A DNA stretch of 62,437 nt, filler included, from Planctomycetota bacterium (GTDB lineage: Bacteria; Planctomycetota; Planctomycetia; JALXBF01), in the NCBI GenBank assembly GCA_026991575.1. It is 5 parts of 5 records of this genome, joined end to end, with 100 filler letters (N's around TTAATTAATTAA, not from the genome) between each part and the next. Parts side by side here need not be neighbours in the genome. Positions count along the whole stretch, not along the records: positions 1 to 25,753 come from JALXBF010000028.1; 4 more parts are not named here. One strand, 5' to 3'. Under the pieces are notes generated by a model, which saw only the letters and a list, made by a program, of their open reading frames with translations, was not told the DNA's origin and did not search any database. The translations under genes and the position numbers were made by a program. Below are positions 1 through 10,975 of this stretch, piece by piece. Numbering within the stretch: the first letter of the stretch is position 1; each line of letters starts with the position of its first letter.

Positions 1-1076
1 GCCGTCGTGCCTTTGATCTTATTCGTGCAGCAGATGTAGCAGAACTCGTAGACGCGGTCCCGAGCAAGATCCTCCAGGTAGTGAAACTCTGCGAGATGAA
101 CCCCCTGATCGATCAACAGGTAGTTGTGAACCGGCATGAAGCTCTTGTACTTCTTCAGGTAGGCGGCTTGATCCTCCGGAGCCGGGTGATACTCAACCCC
201 CGAAGTGTCTGCACCGATCATCATCGCGCCATGAGCTTCTACCAACCACCGTGCGGCTTCCAGCGTCAGCCCGGCCGTGTCATGCCTGGCGAGCAAGCCA
301 TCCGGATCCGCACCGACCTCACCCCAGTACCGCAGGGCTCCGGTCCGGACCAGTACCACGTCGCCGGGCCGCAACTCAGTGCCCTGTCGCTGGAGAGCCT
401 GCTTCAGGTCGGCAACGGAAATCGGGTAGTGTGGTGGCAGAGCGTCCAGCCCTTTGGCACCGGCCACGTCGATCAGCACCCCCCGAGCGATGATCGGTGG
501 AATGGTCGCCGCATCGCACTTTCTGGGCCCGAAATCGCCCCCCCATTCTGCCTCGGTGAACCCGTTGTACCAGTGGTTCACCAACCCGTCGTGCGGGCAT
601 CCCGGACCTTCGGTAGCGTGTGCCAGCCCATCGATCTGCGTGCCAACGTTGTCGCTGATAAACAGCGCGTTGGAATGCCATGCCGTCCCCCACGGGTTCA
701 CGTCAGGCCCGACAAGCTGTGGCAAATCCAGCTGCCGCTTCAAACCCTCAGGGCTCCGAAATGAGACGATCTCAGCAGGATTGTGTCCGGGCCACCGGTA
801 CGACTCACGGCTGTAAAGTACCCCCAGATCATAGACCTTACCCTGCTGCACCAGGCGCAGTGCATGCAAGCGGGTGGCGTCCGTCATCGCGTTCAATGCC
901 CCCACCTCATCCTCCTTACCCCAGATCCACCCCCAGCCCACGCCCTTACGCCAGCCTTTCACGGCCGGTGGCGCGGTCGCCTCGGCCGCGGGCTCGGCCA
1001 GGTAAGCGGTCAGAAGACCGACAACAAACGCCGCCGCGGCGACTGCCAGGTACCGATAGCAGCCAGATCCTGTCAT
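1..1076 (-). CDS. Cyclase family (kynurenine formamidase-like) metal-dependent hydrolase with N-terminal signal; 3' end runs off the window
   Basis: Not in the ORF track; translated manually from ATG at 1076 (AGGAG RBS upstream): MTGSGCYRYLAVAAAAFVVG...WGKEDEVGALN...GTQIDGLAH...RGVLIDVA...PGDVVLVRTG...VHNYLL..QGVHLAE, matching the cyclase family pattern. Confidence 0.85.
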   Translation of the reverse strand, partial: MTGSGCYRYLAVAAAAFVVGLLTAYLAEPAAEATAPPAVKGWRKGVGWGWIWGKEDEVGALNAMTDATRLHALRLVQQGKVYDLGVLYSRESYRWPGHNPAEIVSFRSPEGLKRQLDLPQLVGPDVNPWGTAWHSNALFISDNVGTQIDGLAHATEGPGCPHDGLVNHWYNGFTEAEWGGDFGPRKCDAATIPPIIARGVLIDVAGAKGLDALPPHYPISVADLKQALQRQGTELRPGDVVLVRTGALRYWGEVGADPDGLLARHDTAGLTLEAARWLVEAHGAMMIGADTSGVEYHPAPEDQAAYLKKYKSFMPVHNYLLIDQGVHLAEFHYLEDLARDRVYEFCYICCTNKIKGTT

Positions 1077-1472
1077 GACGAAACGTCTCCTGTTGGTCCA
1101 GTGCATCGCGGTAGCTATCGCAAGCAGAAGCCGACAGTGCCGGATGGCATCGATTCTACCGCCTCGCTCGTGCTAGATGGTGTCAGCCGCAGCGCACGCC
1201 AGCCCGCCACCCCTCAGCATTCGTCCTCTCCGAGGACGGCGCGGCAGTCCTGTCTGCGTCCGCCGTGGAGCAAGCGCCTGCTGGCACACGTCAACGGCGC
1301 GTTAGTTCATGGCCAAGAAGATGACATCGTGACCGCGACGTGAGCCGTATCCCACGCGTCGATCCGGCCGCCCGGTCCGACGGTTCCCGCAGCACCAAAG
1401 CGAAAGAGGAAGGGAGCTCCACTGCTGGGGCAGCACAGATGTGGATGGGCAGCGGGCCGATGTGACGAGATG

Positions 1473-2069
1473 CTAGCGGTCCGAGGGCCGTCTGCCCTGT
1501 TGACGCTGCTCTTCCTCCACGAACCTCAGCAACTCTTCGGTGCTGGCCGGGCTGGTGCTGCCAGGAAATGGCGGTGTCTCATCGGGTCCATAGTCAAAGT
1601 CATCGTCAGCCGTGAGCCGCACTGGCGTTTCGGGCAGACGAACGCGACGGCGTCGCCGCGCACGCTCCTCCTCGGGTCGCACCAGGTTTGCTCGTTCCAT
1701 CAGCGACTGTTCCGTGACCTTGTGGAACAGATCATCGGTCTCGGCATCATGCGCCTGCACCGGATCGGGTGTGTAGTCGATCTTGTACCGGTGCGTGGCG
1801 ATACCGATCACGTCACCCGGATAGACCCGCTTCTCATGAACCCGCTGACCGTTGACCTTGGTGCCATTGGTGGAATTCAGATCACGGATGGTCCAGTAGC
1901 CTTGGACGAAGCGCAGCTCGCAGTGTTTGGCCGAGACGTTGGCAAACGGCAGGCAGATGTCACAGTCCGGCCGTCGTCCCACGAGCAGGCGATCCTTAAG
2001 GAGTGGTATCGGATCACCTCCCCCGACTGGGTCCAGAACGCCTAATTGCTTCTTCTCGTCCTGACGCAC
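1473..2069 (-). CDS. FHA domain protein
   Basis: GRRPDCDI...NVSAKHC...DLNSTNGTKVNG FHA signature; GGGDPIPLLK N-terminus typical of planctomycete FHA proteins. Confidence 0.9.
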   Translation of the reverse strand: MRQDEKKQLGVLDPVGGGDPIPLLKDRLLVGRRPDCDICLPFANVSAKHCELRFVQGYWTIRDLNSTNGTKVNGQRVHEKRVYPGDVIGIATHRYKIDYTPDPVQAHDAETDDLFHKVTEQSLMERANLVRPEEERARRRRRVRLPETPVRLTADDDFDYGPDETPPFPGSTSPASTEELLRFVEEEQRQQGRRPSDR

Positions 2070-2412
2070 GACAGCGTCCTCCCCTTAGGCGGGCGTTCTC
2101 GCAGAGTTACCCGGGGCCGGCAGGCCGTGCCCAGCTTCGGGCCACGTCGACTGACTCCATACCATTATCCACCCGCAGGCCGGGTTGACTACCCGCCGCG
2201 GCCTGTTCCCGCACCGGTGTCCTGCGGGCCCAGACGTCACGGCGGCCAGCCCCGGCCCTCGTACTAGGGTTGTCCCCGCTCTTCGTTCGTGACCCGTGCT
2301 GCTGCCTCGCGGGCAAGCAGACCAGGGTGCCGCGGCAGGCCGATCCGCCGGCGTCGTGGTCGCCATCCAGTACGCGGAGGCAGCGGACCAAAGCAGAGGG
2401 CGACTGCAGTTG

Positions 2413-2441
2413 TTGACCCGCCACGGCACGGGCCGTACCAT
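2413..2441 (+). promoter_or_regulatory. sigma70-type promoter for tRNA-Glu
   Basis: TTGACC (2413-2418), 17-nt spacer, TACCAT (2436-2441), 46 nt upstream of the tRNA. Confidence 0.65.
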
Positions 2442-2487
2442 ACGGGTGATTTTCGCAGGGCCCGCTGGCGTGCAGCGGCGGGCCAGT

Positions 2488-2559
2488 GGCCCCGTCGTCT
2501 AAGGGTTAGGACACAGGCTTTTCAAGCCTGGAATACGGGTTCGAATCCCGTCGGGGTCA
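2488..2559 (+). tRNA. tRNA-Glu(TTC), CCA not encoded
   Basis: GGCCCCG acceptor pairs with CGGGGTC; anticodon arm CAGGC-TTTTCAA-GCCTG; T-arm GGGTTCGAATCCC. Confidence 0.95.
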
Positions 2560-2638
2560 TTCGCCACCTTCGCCCGACGATCGCCGCGGCAGGGTGGGCA
2601 CCGAGTATGCCACTAGCGTCGCATGCCTTGGACCGCGT

Positions 2639-4669
2639 TTACCGCGGCTGACCAAACGGTGCGCCGTGCAGCTCTGCTTTGCACTGCGGCGCCCGCTGGT
2701 ACTGCCACACAATCGCCCGGTCTCCAGGGCCAACCGGCAGGGAGAACCCCTCGGTTGCCAGCTCGCGTCCCGAGCGACACAGCATGCTCGACGGCCGATC
2801 CCAGTTCACGATCCTGTAGTGTGCGTTGGCTTCCAGGCCGTTCAGCCGAATTCGAATGCTTGCGCGCGGAGCCGTTGCAAACGCCAGTACCAGGCCACGG
2901 CCGGTCGCCTGCTCGTGGTACTGCCACGCAATCCAGCGGTGAGGATCGGTCAACCAGGGCGTCAGGGGATAGAAGTCCGCCAGGAACAGGTCGCGGACAG
3001 GCAGGTACTGAGCCAGGTGTTGCCGCAGGCGTTCGACTGCCGTCCGATCTCGGTAGTTGATCGGGAAACTCGCGCACGCCCCCATTCCGCTGCGCAGTGA
3101 CACGGTGTCGGTAGCTGCGGCCCCCAGCCCATGCAGGGGCAGCCACAGCGACAGGCCATAGGCCATCGCCTGCACGTTCCGCGGATACTGCTCGTCGTCC
3201 CAGCAGCTGTCGCTACGCCACAACACGACACTACGGCGCAGCAACTCAAAGTCGATCCGCCGACCACCTGAAGCGCACGTGTCGATGATTAGCTTCGGAA
3301 ACCGTCTCTGAAGCGTATCCAGCAGCCGGTAAAGGCCGTTGACGTGCCGCACCTCCAGGGTTACCGGCGACCAGGGCCCCGATTGCGTGTCCCAGAAAAC
3401 GCCCGGCGGCAGATTGCAGTCCAGCCGCAAGACGTCTACGCCGTGTCGTTGCACCTGGTCTTCGAGCCAGCCGATCAACCATCGAAGTGCGGAGGGGTGG
3501 CCCAGGTCGAAGAGGCGGAAACCGTCGTCTTTCAGGTACCGGTATGCTGATTTCAGTGGTGCTCCGGGGCGGAGAAGCCACTGAGGAAAAGTTCGGTCAA
3601 TCCAGGTTCCCTTCATTACCCGCTCCGGCTCATACCACACCAGGAACCGGAATCCCGCCTCGTGCACGACGCGCGCAACAGGCGTGAGCCCCCTTGGAAA
3701 CCGGTTCGGGTCGGGGTCGATGTTGCCCTGGCCACGAGGGAACCCACCGCGGCCCCAACCAGCATCCAACCAAATCGTGTCCAGCGGCAGCTTCGATCGA
3801 GCAATGCGTTGGACCAGATCGATGAGCCCGACTTCGCTCGTGTCGTTGAAGGCAAACTCACCGTGCACGCTTGCGGCCACGGGCATCAGCTCCGTGGGCG
3901 CGGCGCCCGGCTGTGGCCGCAGTTCATCCAGCATGAGCCGTCGGAAGCGGTTCTGGCCGCGAATCCAAGAGCCTTGATACGCTAGTAGCAGCAACGACGG
4001 TAAGCGGAGCCGCTGGCCCGGCTCGAGCTGCAGCGGGCCCCGCCGCTTGAGCCCGACTCGGACGCGCACGCAACTGGTCGAGGTCTGCTCGAAGAGTGCC
4101 TCCCAGTCACCGGACCAGCCCACGGCGAGGATCAGGCCACCGTGGGGCCTAGCCAGGTTGAAGTAGGGCAGAACGCCATCGGACGAGCGGCCACCGACGG
4201 AAGCGAACCGAAGGGGTTTGCTGGGTCGCAACTGCCGCCGTATGGGTCGAAAATCGTCTGCCTGGGCCCGACTCCCCACACTCCAGTGCACCGTCGTGGC
4301 TGCCGTCTCAGGGAAACGGACGACGAACTCAAAGGGGGGGATGTCGAACTCAACGCCGCGCTCAGGCGGCGCCTGGACCGCAAGCTCCCACAGTAATGCG
4401 TTGTGCTCAGGGTACGTGACGCGGGAAACCGTGAGCCGACCGCGGGTGCCGGTTTTCATCGATGGCAGCACCTCCGCCCGCTCGAACCGGTAGCTCTTCT
4501 CGAGCACGACACGGGGGAGACGGACAGCGTCCGGTGGCCGAGCGACAGGCTGCCCAGCCTGAGCGGCGCCGGCCATGACCAGCGTTATCGACGCCAACAG
4601 GATCACAACGCCATCGGACTTAGTACCCGGGCGCGGCCCGGGGAAGCGGCAGTGTAGCTGGGTTGCCAT
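2639..4669 (-). CDS. Alpha-galactosidase (GH36-like), probably exported
   Basis: GGRSSDGVLPYFN, WLDAGW, WYEPERV, IDTCASGGRRID, WRSD motifs; start codon uncertain. Confidence 0.85.
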   Translation of the reverse strand: MATQLHCRFPGPRPGTKSDGVVILLASITLVMAGAAQAGQPVARPPDAVRLPRVVLEKSYRFERAEVLPSMKTGTRGRLTVSRVTYPEHNALLWELAVQAPPERGVEFDIPPFEFVVRFPETAATTVHWSVGSRAQADDFRPIRRQLRPSKPLRFASVGGRSSDGVLPYFNLARPHGGLILAVGWSGDWEALFEQTSTSCVRVRVGLKRRGPLQLEPGQRLRLPSLLLLAYQGSWIRGQNRFRRLMLDELRPQPGAAPTELMPVAASVHGEFAFNDTSEVGLIDLVQRIARSKLPLDTIWLDAGWGRGGFPRGQGNIDPDPNRFPRGLTPVARVVHEAGFRFLVWYEPERVMKGTWIDRTFPQWLLRPGAPLKSAYRYLKDDGFRLFDLGHPSALRWLIGWLEDQVQRHGVDVLRLDCNLPPGVFWDTQSGPWSPVTLEVRHVNGLYRLLDTLQRRFPKLIIDTCASGGRRIDFELLRRSVVLWRSDSCWDDEQYPRNVQAMAYGLSLWLPLHGLGAAATDTVSLRSGMGACASFPINYRDRTAVERLRQHLAQYLPVRDLFLADFYPLTPWLTDPHRWIAWQYHEQATGRGLVLAFATAPRASIRIRLNGLEANAHYRIVNWDRPSSMLCRSGRELATEGFSLPVGPGDRAIVWQYQRAPQCKAELHGAPFGQPR

Positions 4670-4885
4670 TGCCGGTGTACGTCCTCGGGCGGTCCTGGCC
4701 ACGCGTTCGGTGCACGATGCCCACCACTGACTGCACAGCCCTCCGTTGAAGAGCCCGCGGGAGGGCACACCACGAACTCCTCCCAGCCACCTGGCAGCGG
4801 GATCGACGGTGCCCCCACGGCGCTGGGGGCGTCTTCACTGCGCACCGCCGGCCCCAACCGGTCATGACTCGAGGGTGGCTTTGCT

Positions 4886-5869
4886 CTATTGGTCTCTAGC
4901 GGATGTCTTCGGCGGCCTGCCCGGCAGGGCGCGGCTAAGCGCACTGACGTGAGCAACGACCGATTCGGCCAGTGCTTCGAGATGATACCCGCCCTCGAGA
5001 ACGCTGACGAGCCTGCCGCCGCAGTACTGGCGCGCGACATCCACGATTCGCGCCGTGATGTACGCGAAGTCATCGGTCTCAAGCCCCAGGTTGCCGATTG
5101 GGTCAAGCCGGTGGGCGTCGAATCCCGCGCTGACCAGCACCAGCTCCGGGTAGATGGCCGAAGCGGCCGTCTGAAGCCCACGTTCGAAGAGCTCGAGGTA
5201 CTCCTGGCGGCTCGTGCCGTAGCTGACCGGGATGTTCAGCGTATAGCCCAGGCCATCGCCCTCACCCCGCTCCTGCTCGCTGCCGGTGCCCGGGTAGAAG
5301 GGATAGCGGTGGATGGAGAAGAACATCACGTGATCGGTGCGGTAGAAGATTTCTTGCGTGCCGTTACCGTGGTGCACATCGAAATCGACGATCAGGATCC
5401 GTTTCACGCGGCGGCCCGCGGTTGGTTCGGTCAGCACGTGGCAGGCGGCGACTGCGACGTTGTTGAACAGGCAGAAGCCCATGGGGCGGCTGCTGGTGGC
5501 GTGATGTCCTGGAGGACGAACCAACACGAATGCGTTAATGCAAAGTCCGTCGGCAACGGCTCGCAGCGCGCGAAGCACACCGCCAACGGCCAATCGCGCC
5601 GCCCGCCAACTGCCCGGGGACACTACCGTGTCCGGGTCCAGGTGCACCGGTCGCCCCTGCTCGGACGCGTACTTAACCAGGGAAATGTGCTGTGAGGTGT
5701 GTGCCAGCAGAAGGTCGTCGTCGCCGGCCGGCTCGACGTCGGTAATCCACCGGATCGCCAGACCGCTTCGCTCGAGCGCCTCACGGCACGCGATCAAACG
5801 CTCTTTGCGTTCCGGGTGATCCCCGGTCTCGTGCTCTAGGCACCCCTCTGCGTACACAACACCGGTCAC
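4886..5869 (-). CDS. Histone deacetylase family protein
   Basis: [40 protein letters not shown] motifs. Confidence 0.95.
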   Translation of the reverse strand: MTGVVYAEGCLEHETGDHPERKERLIACREALERSGLAIRWITDVEPAGDDDLLLAHTSQHISLVKYASEQGRPVHLDPDTVVSPGSWRAARLAVGGVLRALRAVADGLCINAFVLVRPPGHHATSSRPMGFCLFNNVAVAACHVLTEPTAGRRVKRILIVDFDVHHGNGTQEIFYRTDHVMFFSIHRYPFYPGTGSEQERGEGDGLGYTLNIPVSYGTSRQEYLELFERGLQTAASAIYPELVLVSAGFDAHRLDPIGNLGLETDDFAYITARIVDVARQYCGGRLVSVLEGGYHLEALAESVVAHVSALSRALPGRPPKTSARDQ

Positions 5870-5962
5870 GGGCTCGTCCCCTGGCGCAGCGTACCATCCC
5901 CATCAGCATCCCATCATGACCGTGCGCTACAGGTCCGTTGTCGACGCTGCAGCAGCGAGCAA

Positions 5963-6292
5963 TCAGTTCAGATGGGGGTCGATGAGTTGGCGTAGCCGAT
6001 CCGCGGGCACGAGCCCGACTTCACGCGCCACGGGTTGACCACCTTTGAACAGGATGAGCGTGGGGATCGACATCACCTGGTACTGGTTTGCGACCTCCGG
6101 CGCCTCATCCGTGTTCACCTTCACCACCTTCACCTTGCCGGCGTACTCCTTGGCAATCTGCTCTACCGTAGGCGCCAACATGCGGCAGGGGCCACACCAC
6201 GGTGCCCAGAAGTCGACCAGGACGGGCAAGCTCGCATCGAGCACCTCTTGCTTGAAGTTCTGACCCGTTACGTCCAGCACGCCTTCTGCCAT
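5963..6292 (-). CDS. trxA: Thioredoxin
   Basis: [10 protein letters not shown] active site, SIPT cis-Pro, 109 aa. Confidence 0.95.
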   Translation of the reverse strand: MAEGVLDVTGQNFKQEVLDASLPVLVDFWAPWCGPCRMLAPTVEQIAKEYAGKVKVVKVNTDEAPEVANQYQVMSIPTLILFKGGQPVAREVGLVPADRLRQLIDPHLN

Positions 6293-6542
6293 TGCTCTGC
6301 CTCCAGATGGCTTTTCTGCCGCCCCGCAGGCGGATTGGTGGGGCCACGAGCATTAAGTATAGAGCCGGCGCAGGATGCGAGCAAACTGAGCCGCAGGGCT
6401 GGGTCCCGTTCGCGCGTGCGTCACGGCCCCACTGGCCACGCAGGCAGCCTGTGGATTGCTCTAGCGGGCGGCGTGCGAAATTGCTACATCCACGTCAGCG
6501 TCATGGACGGAGCACCCTTGCCATTCCGGCGCGCAGGAAGCG

Positions 6543-9500
6543 ATGAACAGCAAAGTTCCGAAGAATCCCAGACCACCGCACCGCTTACCTACCGCGCTGC
6601 TTGCGCTGGCGCTGGTCGCCCTGCCCGCCGTCGCTGCCGAGCAAGCTCCCCCTGCGCGCGAACCGGTACAGGTCTACGTCGCATGGGAAAGCAAGCCGAA
6701 GGGGGCAACGCAGCTGGCCGTACGCCTCACCGGCGGCAAACTGATCCGGTGGCGGCCCGTGGCCGCCGATCCGGTAACGATCCGCGTCAAGAAAGCCAGC
6801 AACACGTGGGTCTTCCAGTGCGACCGGCCGATCACCACCGGCGGCATCGACCTGCGCGTCGCGTGCCAGGCAAACGACGCGATCGAGGTGGAAATCGACG
6901 GAAAGAGCCTGCGCACCACTCTGATGGAGCTTGCCGAAGGGCCCGCCAGCATTCGCTGGAACGCTGGCAGTCTAACGCTATCGCGACCGGCAAGCGACGT
7001 GGTACGCGTCCGGCCTGCCTCCGGCCGGCTGCTGCTCAAACCGGGCGAAACGACGCAGCTACTCTTCCAGATCTACCTGCTTGCCAGTTCTTCCGATCCG
7101 ATTCCGACCACCTTCCAGCTTGGGCTAGCACGCTACGGTCAGGATCCGGCCAGCTACCCGGTCAACGCGCGATACCGAATCGTGCCCAATCGGCCAGACC
7201 GGTCCAGGTTCAATCTTGAGATGAACGCCCCCGTGGAGCAGGGTCTGTATGAGCTGGTGGTTCGTGTCCAGCCGGAGAACTTGCCCGCCATCGTACGTCG
7301 AATACCGCTCGCCGTGTTCGATGCCACACCGGTGCGGCGCACGGGTGAACAAACGGACTGGGACTCGTGGCTTGCCGCAGCGCATCCGGTTCGTAGCGCG
7401 CGGTACGACGCCGGCCGCTGGCGCGATCAGTCGGCCTGGTGGCTCAGCGTGCGCCGGCTGCGCGAGCTGTGGCGCGGGATACGGCCCGCCCGCGCGGAGC
7501 AGCCAGCTGATAAGTGGGCCATTTCGCTGCCCGATCCGACCAAGCCACACGTGCTCAGGCTGCACGCGGAGGGCAAGCCGGGTAACTCTGGGCTGATCAC
7601 CGAGATCCACCGTGGGTTCGAACCGCACCTGCCGCTGGCACAGCCGCTGAAAGCCTGCATCTGGCTGGACGAGAGTACCGGCAGTACACGCAGCGGAACG
7701 TCGAGCGCCGAACTGCTCGTGTTGCCGGTTAACGACGAACTCTCGCTGCAAGTGCGGACTCCTTCAGCTGAGCTGGTCCGCACCGCCGAATGGATGCTTG
7801 GCCGCGTGCCACCGCTCGAACGGCTGCCCATGCGCGAACCCCGGCTTGCTGACCCGGCTACCAACCGGCTGCTCATCCTCCACTTGTCCAGCTATGCCCA
7901 GCTTTACCATTTCGCACAGCAGTCCGGTGGTCTGCCGCGGCACTGGCCGCTGCTTATGGCTGCGGCAACCAACCTCGCCTCGTACGCGTCGGCTGGCCAG
8001 TACGACGGGGTCGCGGTGCCCGTTGTCGGCCAGGGCGTCGTAACGTGGCCCTCCCGTCTGGCCCGCTCCGGCTTCGTCTGGGATCCCGACAGGCTGCCGG
8101 GTCCGCGGAGCGACCCGGTGGACAAGGACGTTCCGGAGCTCCTTTTCCGCTCCTGCCGCCAGCGATCCCTGTTGTTCGTACCCCTGTTCCGCTTCGACGG
8201 CATCGCCTTCGGCGACTCGGCCACCCGGCCGCTGAACCCGCTGAGCGCGACGGACCGGGCTCAGATGGTGGCGTTGGTCGAGGAGTTTGTCGGTCGGTAC
8301 AAGGACCACGACAATCTTCGCGCAATCGGTTTGATCGTCAGCCCCCGTGCGAGAACATGCCTGTCTGGTCCGGCGGATGGGCTGGATGAACAGATTGTGG
8401 CCCGATTTGTCAAGGATACCAAGCTGAAGCCGCCGGCAAACCGCACTGGCAAGGCCCTAGTGAGATGGGCTCTTGAACATGAGACGGAGCGGCTGATGGC
8501 ATGGCGCGCCCGCCAGGTGCTGGCGTTCTACAAGGCCGTGCTAGCCGTCCTGCGAAAACAGCGGCCCAAGGCAGTCTGCTACCTGATTGTCGACTTCGCC
8601 GACCTGCAATGGGCCGACCAGCTACGGCGGGCATCACATCGCGGCGACGACGTAGCGTCCGTTCTGCGCGAGAGCGGCCTAGACCTGGCCGGCTGGAGCC
8701 TGCCCGAAGGGCTGGTGCTGATCCGCCCGTACTTCGAGTCTGAGCACTCGGCCACGACGCTCTGGAGCAATCGCAACCGAGAATTGGATGCGGACTTCGC
8801 GCGCCATCCTCACGGCAGCATGTGCGCTGCAGAACAACTACCACTGACGTCCGACGGGTCCCATCGTCGCATCACCATCCTGCGCACTGGTCAAGGCGGA
8901 AGTCCCGGGGCAACGCGGGCCCTGGCCAACCTGGAACCTGTCGTGCTCTTTTCCGCTCCGGCTGTGCCCGTCTTGCCCCTCCGCTACGAGCAGCGAACGC
9001 TAGCTCGTGTGCTCCGGCAGCTGCCGCCGGGCAGCGCCCAGCGGAAAACGACCAAAGGGCCGGTGCGGATCAAGGGCTGGCAGAGCGGGCACGTGGTCCA
9101 CTGGCTCATCGCCAACATCGCGGCCCATCCGGTGCAGTGCACGCTGGAGTTCACCAAGCCCGGCCAGGTGCGTGTGGCCGTCCTGCGAGACGGCGGCCAG
9201 TACGAAGCTGACGAAGGGGGCCAGCGAATCCGGCTCAGGCTCAACGGCTACGACATCGCGCTGCTGCGCAGCCCCGACAGCACGGAACTTGCCTCGATGG
9301 ATGTCACGTTACCTCAATCGGCAGAGAATGTACTCCGGCAGCGCTTCCGCCAGATCACCAGAGCGGTGGCATTCCTGCGCAATGCCGATCGCGCGCCGAG
9401 CGCGAACTTGATCCTTGACGGCAGCTTCGAGCAGCCAGACGGCATGTCCACGCGATGGGAGCTTTTCCCGCCGGACCAGGGCGCGTATGTTGCCGAAGCA

Positions 9501-10097
9501 GCCCATGACGGTCAGCTTGGTCTGGAACTCGTCGGCCAGGGTGCCCGAGGGGCTTACGCGCTGAGCTGGCCGTTCACCGTGCCCCCGGGCACGAAACTGT
9601 CCGTCAGCCTGTTCGCACGCCGCCTGGACCCGAAGGCGGAGCTATTCGTGTGGCTGGTTCCGACCGACCATCCCCAAGAGCATGCCGCAGCCTTCAAGGT
9701 CCCCCTGACACAGCAGTGGCAACAGCACCGCGTTCAGCTCGCCCCGGGCACCGGCTACGAAGAGATCTGGTCCTGGCGGCTGGTGCTGCACGCCCGGGCT
9801 GGCACGGTGCTGGTCGACGAAGTTGAAGCAACGACGCAAGCCCTGACCGCCGAAGAACGGAACGCGATGATCAAGAGCCTCGCGCCAGCACTGCGCGCCT
9901 GGTACGACAAGCGGCTGGCCGATTTCTCAGCCCTCACCGCCGAGTACTGGCCCCAGTACCTGCTCCGTCAATTCGGCGGTGGCGACCGAGACGAACCGAC
10001 CAACGAGCAGCCCAGGCCCCAGAAGCCAAACCCGCAGAGTCCGCCGTCAACCCAGGAGCAGCAGCCGGAGACGGCCGACTCGTCCGAGAGCTTCTAA
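6543..10097 (+). CDS. Large secreted protein with a glycoside-hydrolase-like (GHL10/DUF187-like) core and a C-terminal CBM-like domain
   Basis: Signal peptide (ALLALALVALPAVAA); WPSRL..DVPELL..LNPL..EFVGRY core; NLILDGSFEQ CBM4/9-like start; 1184 aa open frame. Confidence 0.6.
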   Translation: MNSKVPKNPRPPHRLPTALLALALVALPAVAAEQAPPAREPVQVYVAWESKPKGATQLAVRLTGGKLIRWRPVAADPVTIRVKKASNTWVFQCDRPITTGGIDLRVACQANDAIEVEIDGKSLRTTLMELAEGPASIRWNAGSLTLSRPASDVVRVRPASGRLLLKPGETTQLLFQIYLLASSSDPIPTTFQLGLARYGQDPASYPVNARYRIVPNRPDRSRFNLEMNAPVEQGLYELVVRVQPENLPAIVRRIPLAVFDATPVRRTGEQTDWDSWLAAAHPVRSARYDAGRWRDQSAWWLSVRRLRELWRGIRPARAEQPADKWAISLPDPTKPHVLRLHAEGKPGNSGLITEIHRGFEPHLPLAQPLKACIWLDESTGSTRSGTSSAELLVLPVNDELSLQVRTPSAELVRTAEWMLGRVPPLERLPMREPRLADPATNRLLILHLSSYAQLYHFAQQSGGLPRHWPLLMAAATNLASYASAGQYDGVAVPVVGQGVVTWPSRLARSGFVWDPDRLPGPRSDPVDKDVPELLFRSCRQRSLLFVPLFRFDGIAFGDSATRPLNPLSATDRAQMVALVEEFVGRYKDHDNLRAIGLIVSPRARTCLSGPADGLDEQIVARFVKDTKLKPPANRTGKALVRWALEHETERLMAWRARQVLAFYKAVLAVLRKQRPKAVCYLIVDFADLQWADQLRRASHRGDDVASVLRESGLDLAGWSLPEGLVLIRPYFESEHSATTLWSNRNRELDADFARHPHGSMCAAEQLPLTSDGSHRRITILRTGQGGSPGATRALANLEPVVLFSAPAVPVLPLRYEQRTLARVLRQLPPGSAQRKTTKGPVRIKGWQSGHVVHWLIANIAAHPVQCTLEFTKPGQVRVAVLRDGGQYEADEGGQRIRLRLNGYDIALLRSPDSTELASMDVTLPQSAENVLRQRFRQITRAVAFLRNADRAPSANLILDGSFEQPDGMSTRWELFPPDQGAYVAEAAHDGQLGLELVGQGARGAYALSWPFTVPPGTKLSVSLFARRLDPKAELFVWLVPTDHPQEHAAAFKVPLTQQWQQHRVQLAPGTGYEEIWSWRLVLHARAGTVLVDEVEATTQALTAEERNAMIKSLAPALRAWYDKRLADFSALTAEYWPQYLLRQFGGGDRDEPTNEQPRPQKPNPQSPPSTQEQQPETADSSESF

Positions 10098-10303
10098 CGC
10101 AGTCACGGCCGACCGGCTGGTGCCCGCACCGGACCGCGGATCGGACCGCTGCCGGAAGGCACCGTTCCGTGAACGATATGGCCCGGTCACGACTAGTTCA
10201 GTGATCTACGAGCGGATCGACCTCTGCGCGGTCAGATGGTGCCAATAGTAGAGGAAAGGATGGACCGAACCGGAGGGGCCTGCGTCGGCAGCAGGTCATC
10301 CGG

Positions 10304-10332
10304 TTGACAATGCGGCGCCGCTGTGCGACACT
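10304..10332 (+). promoter_or_regulatory. Possible sigma70 promoter
   Basis: TTGACA (10304-10309), 17 nt, TGc-GACACT extended -10-like, upstream of the 10366 ATG. Confidence 0.45.
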
Positions 10333-10365
10333 GTAGGCGGAGAGACCCCTCTGGGAGAGCCAAAC

Positions 10366-10896
10366 ATGAAGCGAATCTTTGGGTTGTGTTCAAGCATCGC
10401 ATGCCTCGTTGCGCTCGGCGCATTTGGCCTGATCGGCTGCGGTGGCTCCGCCAATGAGCCAGGTGGCGGAACCGCACCGCCGGCGGGCGAGAACGAGAAA
10501 AAGGAAACCGGTCAGAGCAACGTGCCGACCACCGGGTCGGAGTCGCAATCGTTGGCGATAACGACCACTTCAGACGATAGTCTGGCGGCCGCTGCGGCGG
10601 GGAAGCTGTCCGACGAAAGGCCGGCCGACCACTCAGGCGCACCGGCCGATCCCCCGAAACGTGACCGTGCGCTGGCTCAGTTTGGCGGTTTCGGGGGGGG
10701 TGGCTTCGGCGGCATGGGCGGTATGGGTGGCATGGGCGGAATGGGGGGCTTTGGAGGCGGTGGCTTCGGCGGCGGTGCTGGCGGGGTGCAGATCAGCCCG
10801 CCGGTGAAGTTCGTGGACAAGGCGGATAAGGCGTTGCGCGAAGGGCAGCAGAAAGCCGAAACGAGCAAGCCGAAAGACGATTTCGTTGCCGACTAA
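10366..10896 (+). CDS. Lipoprotein with Gly-rich low-complexity tract
   Basis: Lipobox LIGC after a hydrophobic signal; GGFGGGGFGGMGGMGGMGGMGGFGGGG tract (about 10681-10782). Confidence 0.75.
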   Translation: MKRIFGLCSSIACLVALGAFGLIGCGGSANEPGGGTAPPAGENEKKETGQSNVPTTGSESQSLAITTTSDDSLAAAAAGKLSDERPADHSGAPADPPKRDRALAQFGGFGGGGFGGMGGMGGMGGMGGFGGGGFGGGAGGVQISPPVKFVDKADKALREGQQKAETSKPKDDFVAD

Positions 10897-10920
10897 GGCC
10901 GATTGAGCGTCGAAGCAATC

Positions 10921-10958
10921 AGGACGCGCCGTAGCTGCGGCGCGTCCTTTGGCTTTTT
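10921..10958 (+). terminator. Intrinsic terminator-like hairpin
   Basis: AGGACGCGCCG-TAGCTG-CGGCGCGTCCT (11-bp stem) followed by TTGGCTTTTT. Confidence 0.7.
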
Positions 10959-10975
10959 CGGAAGGATCGCGAAGT

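Noticed and set aside
81..1343. Plus-strand ORFs of 227, 186 and 132 aa
   Set aside because: Shadows of the minus-strand cyclase gene; long antisense ORFs throughout (e.g. 29914-30918, 46604-47620, 53303-54670) are rejected for the same reason in this high-GC DNA
2488..2640. tRNA-Glu as an island integration site
   Set aside because: No adjacent integrase and no duplicated tRNA 3' end noticed in the window
10681..10782. 9-nt GGCGGCATG-like repeats as a DNA repeat array or CRISPR
   Set aside because: Synonymous variation shows protein-level GGM/GGF repeats; no spacers. No CRISPR array or cas gene was seen in the window
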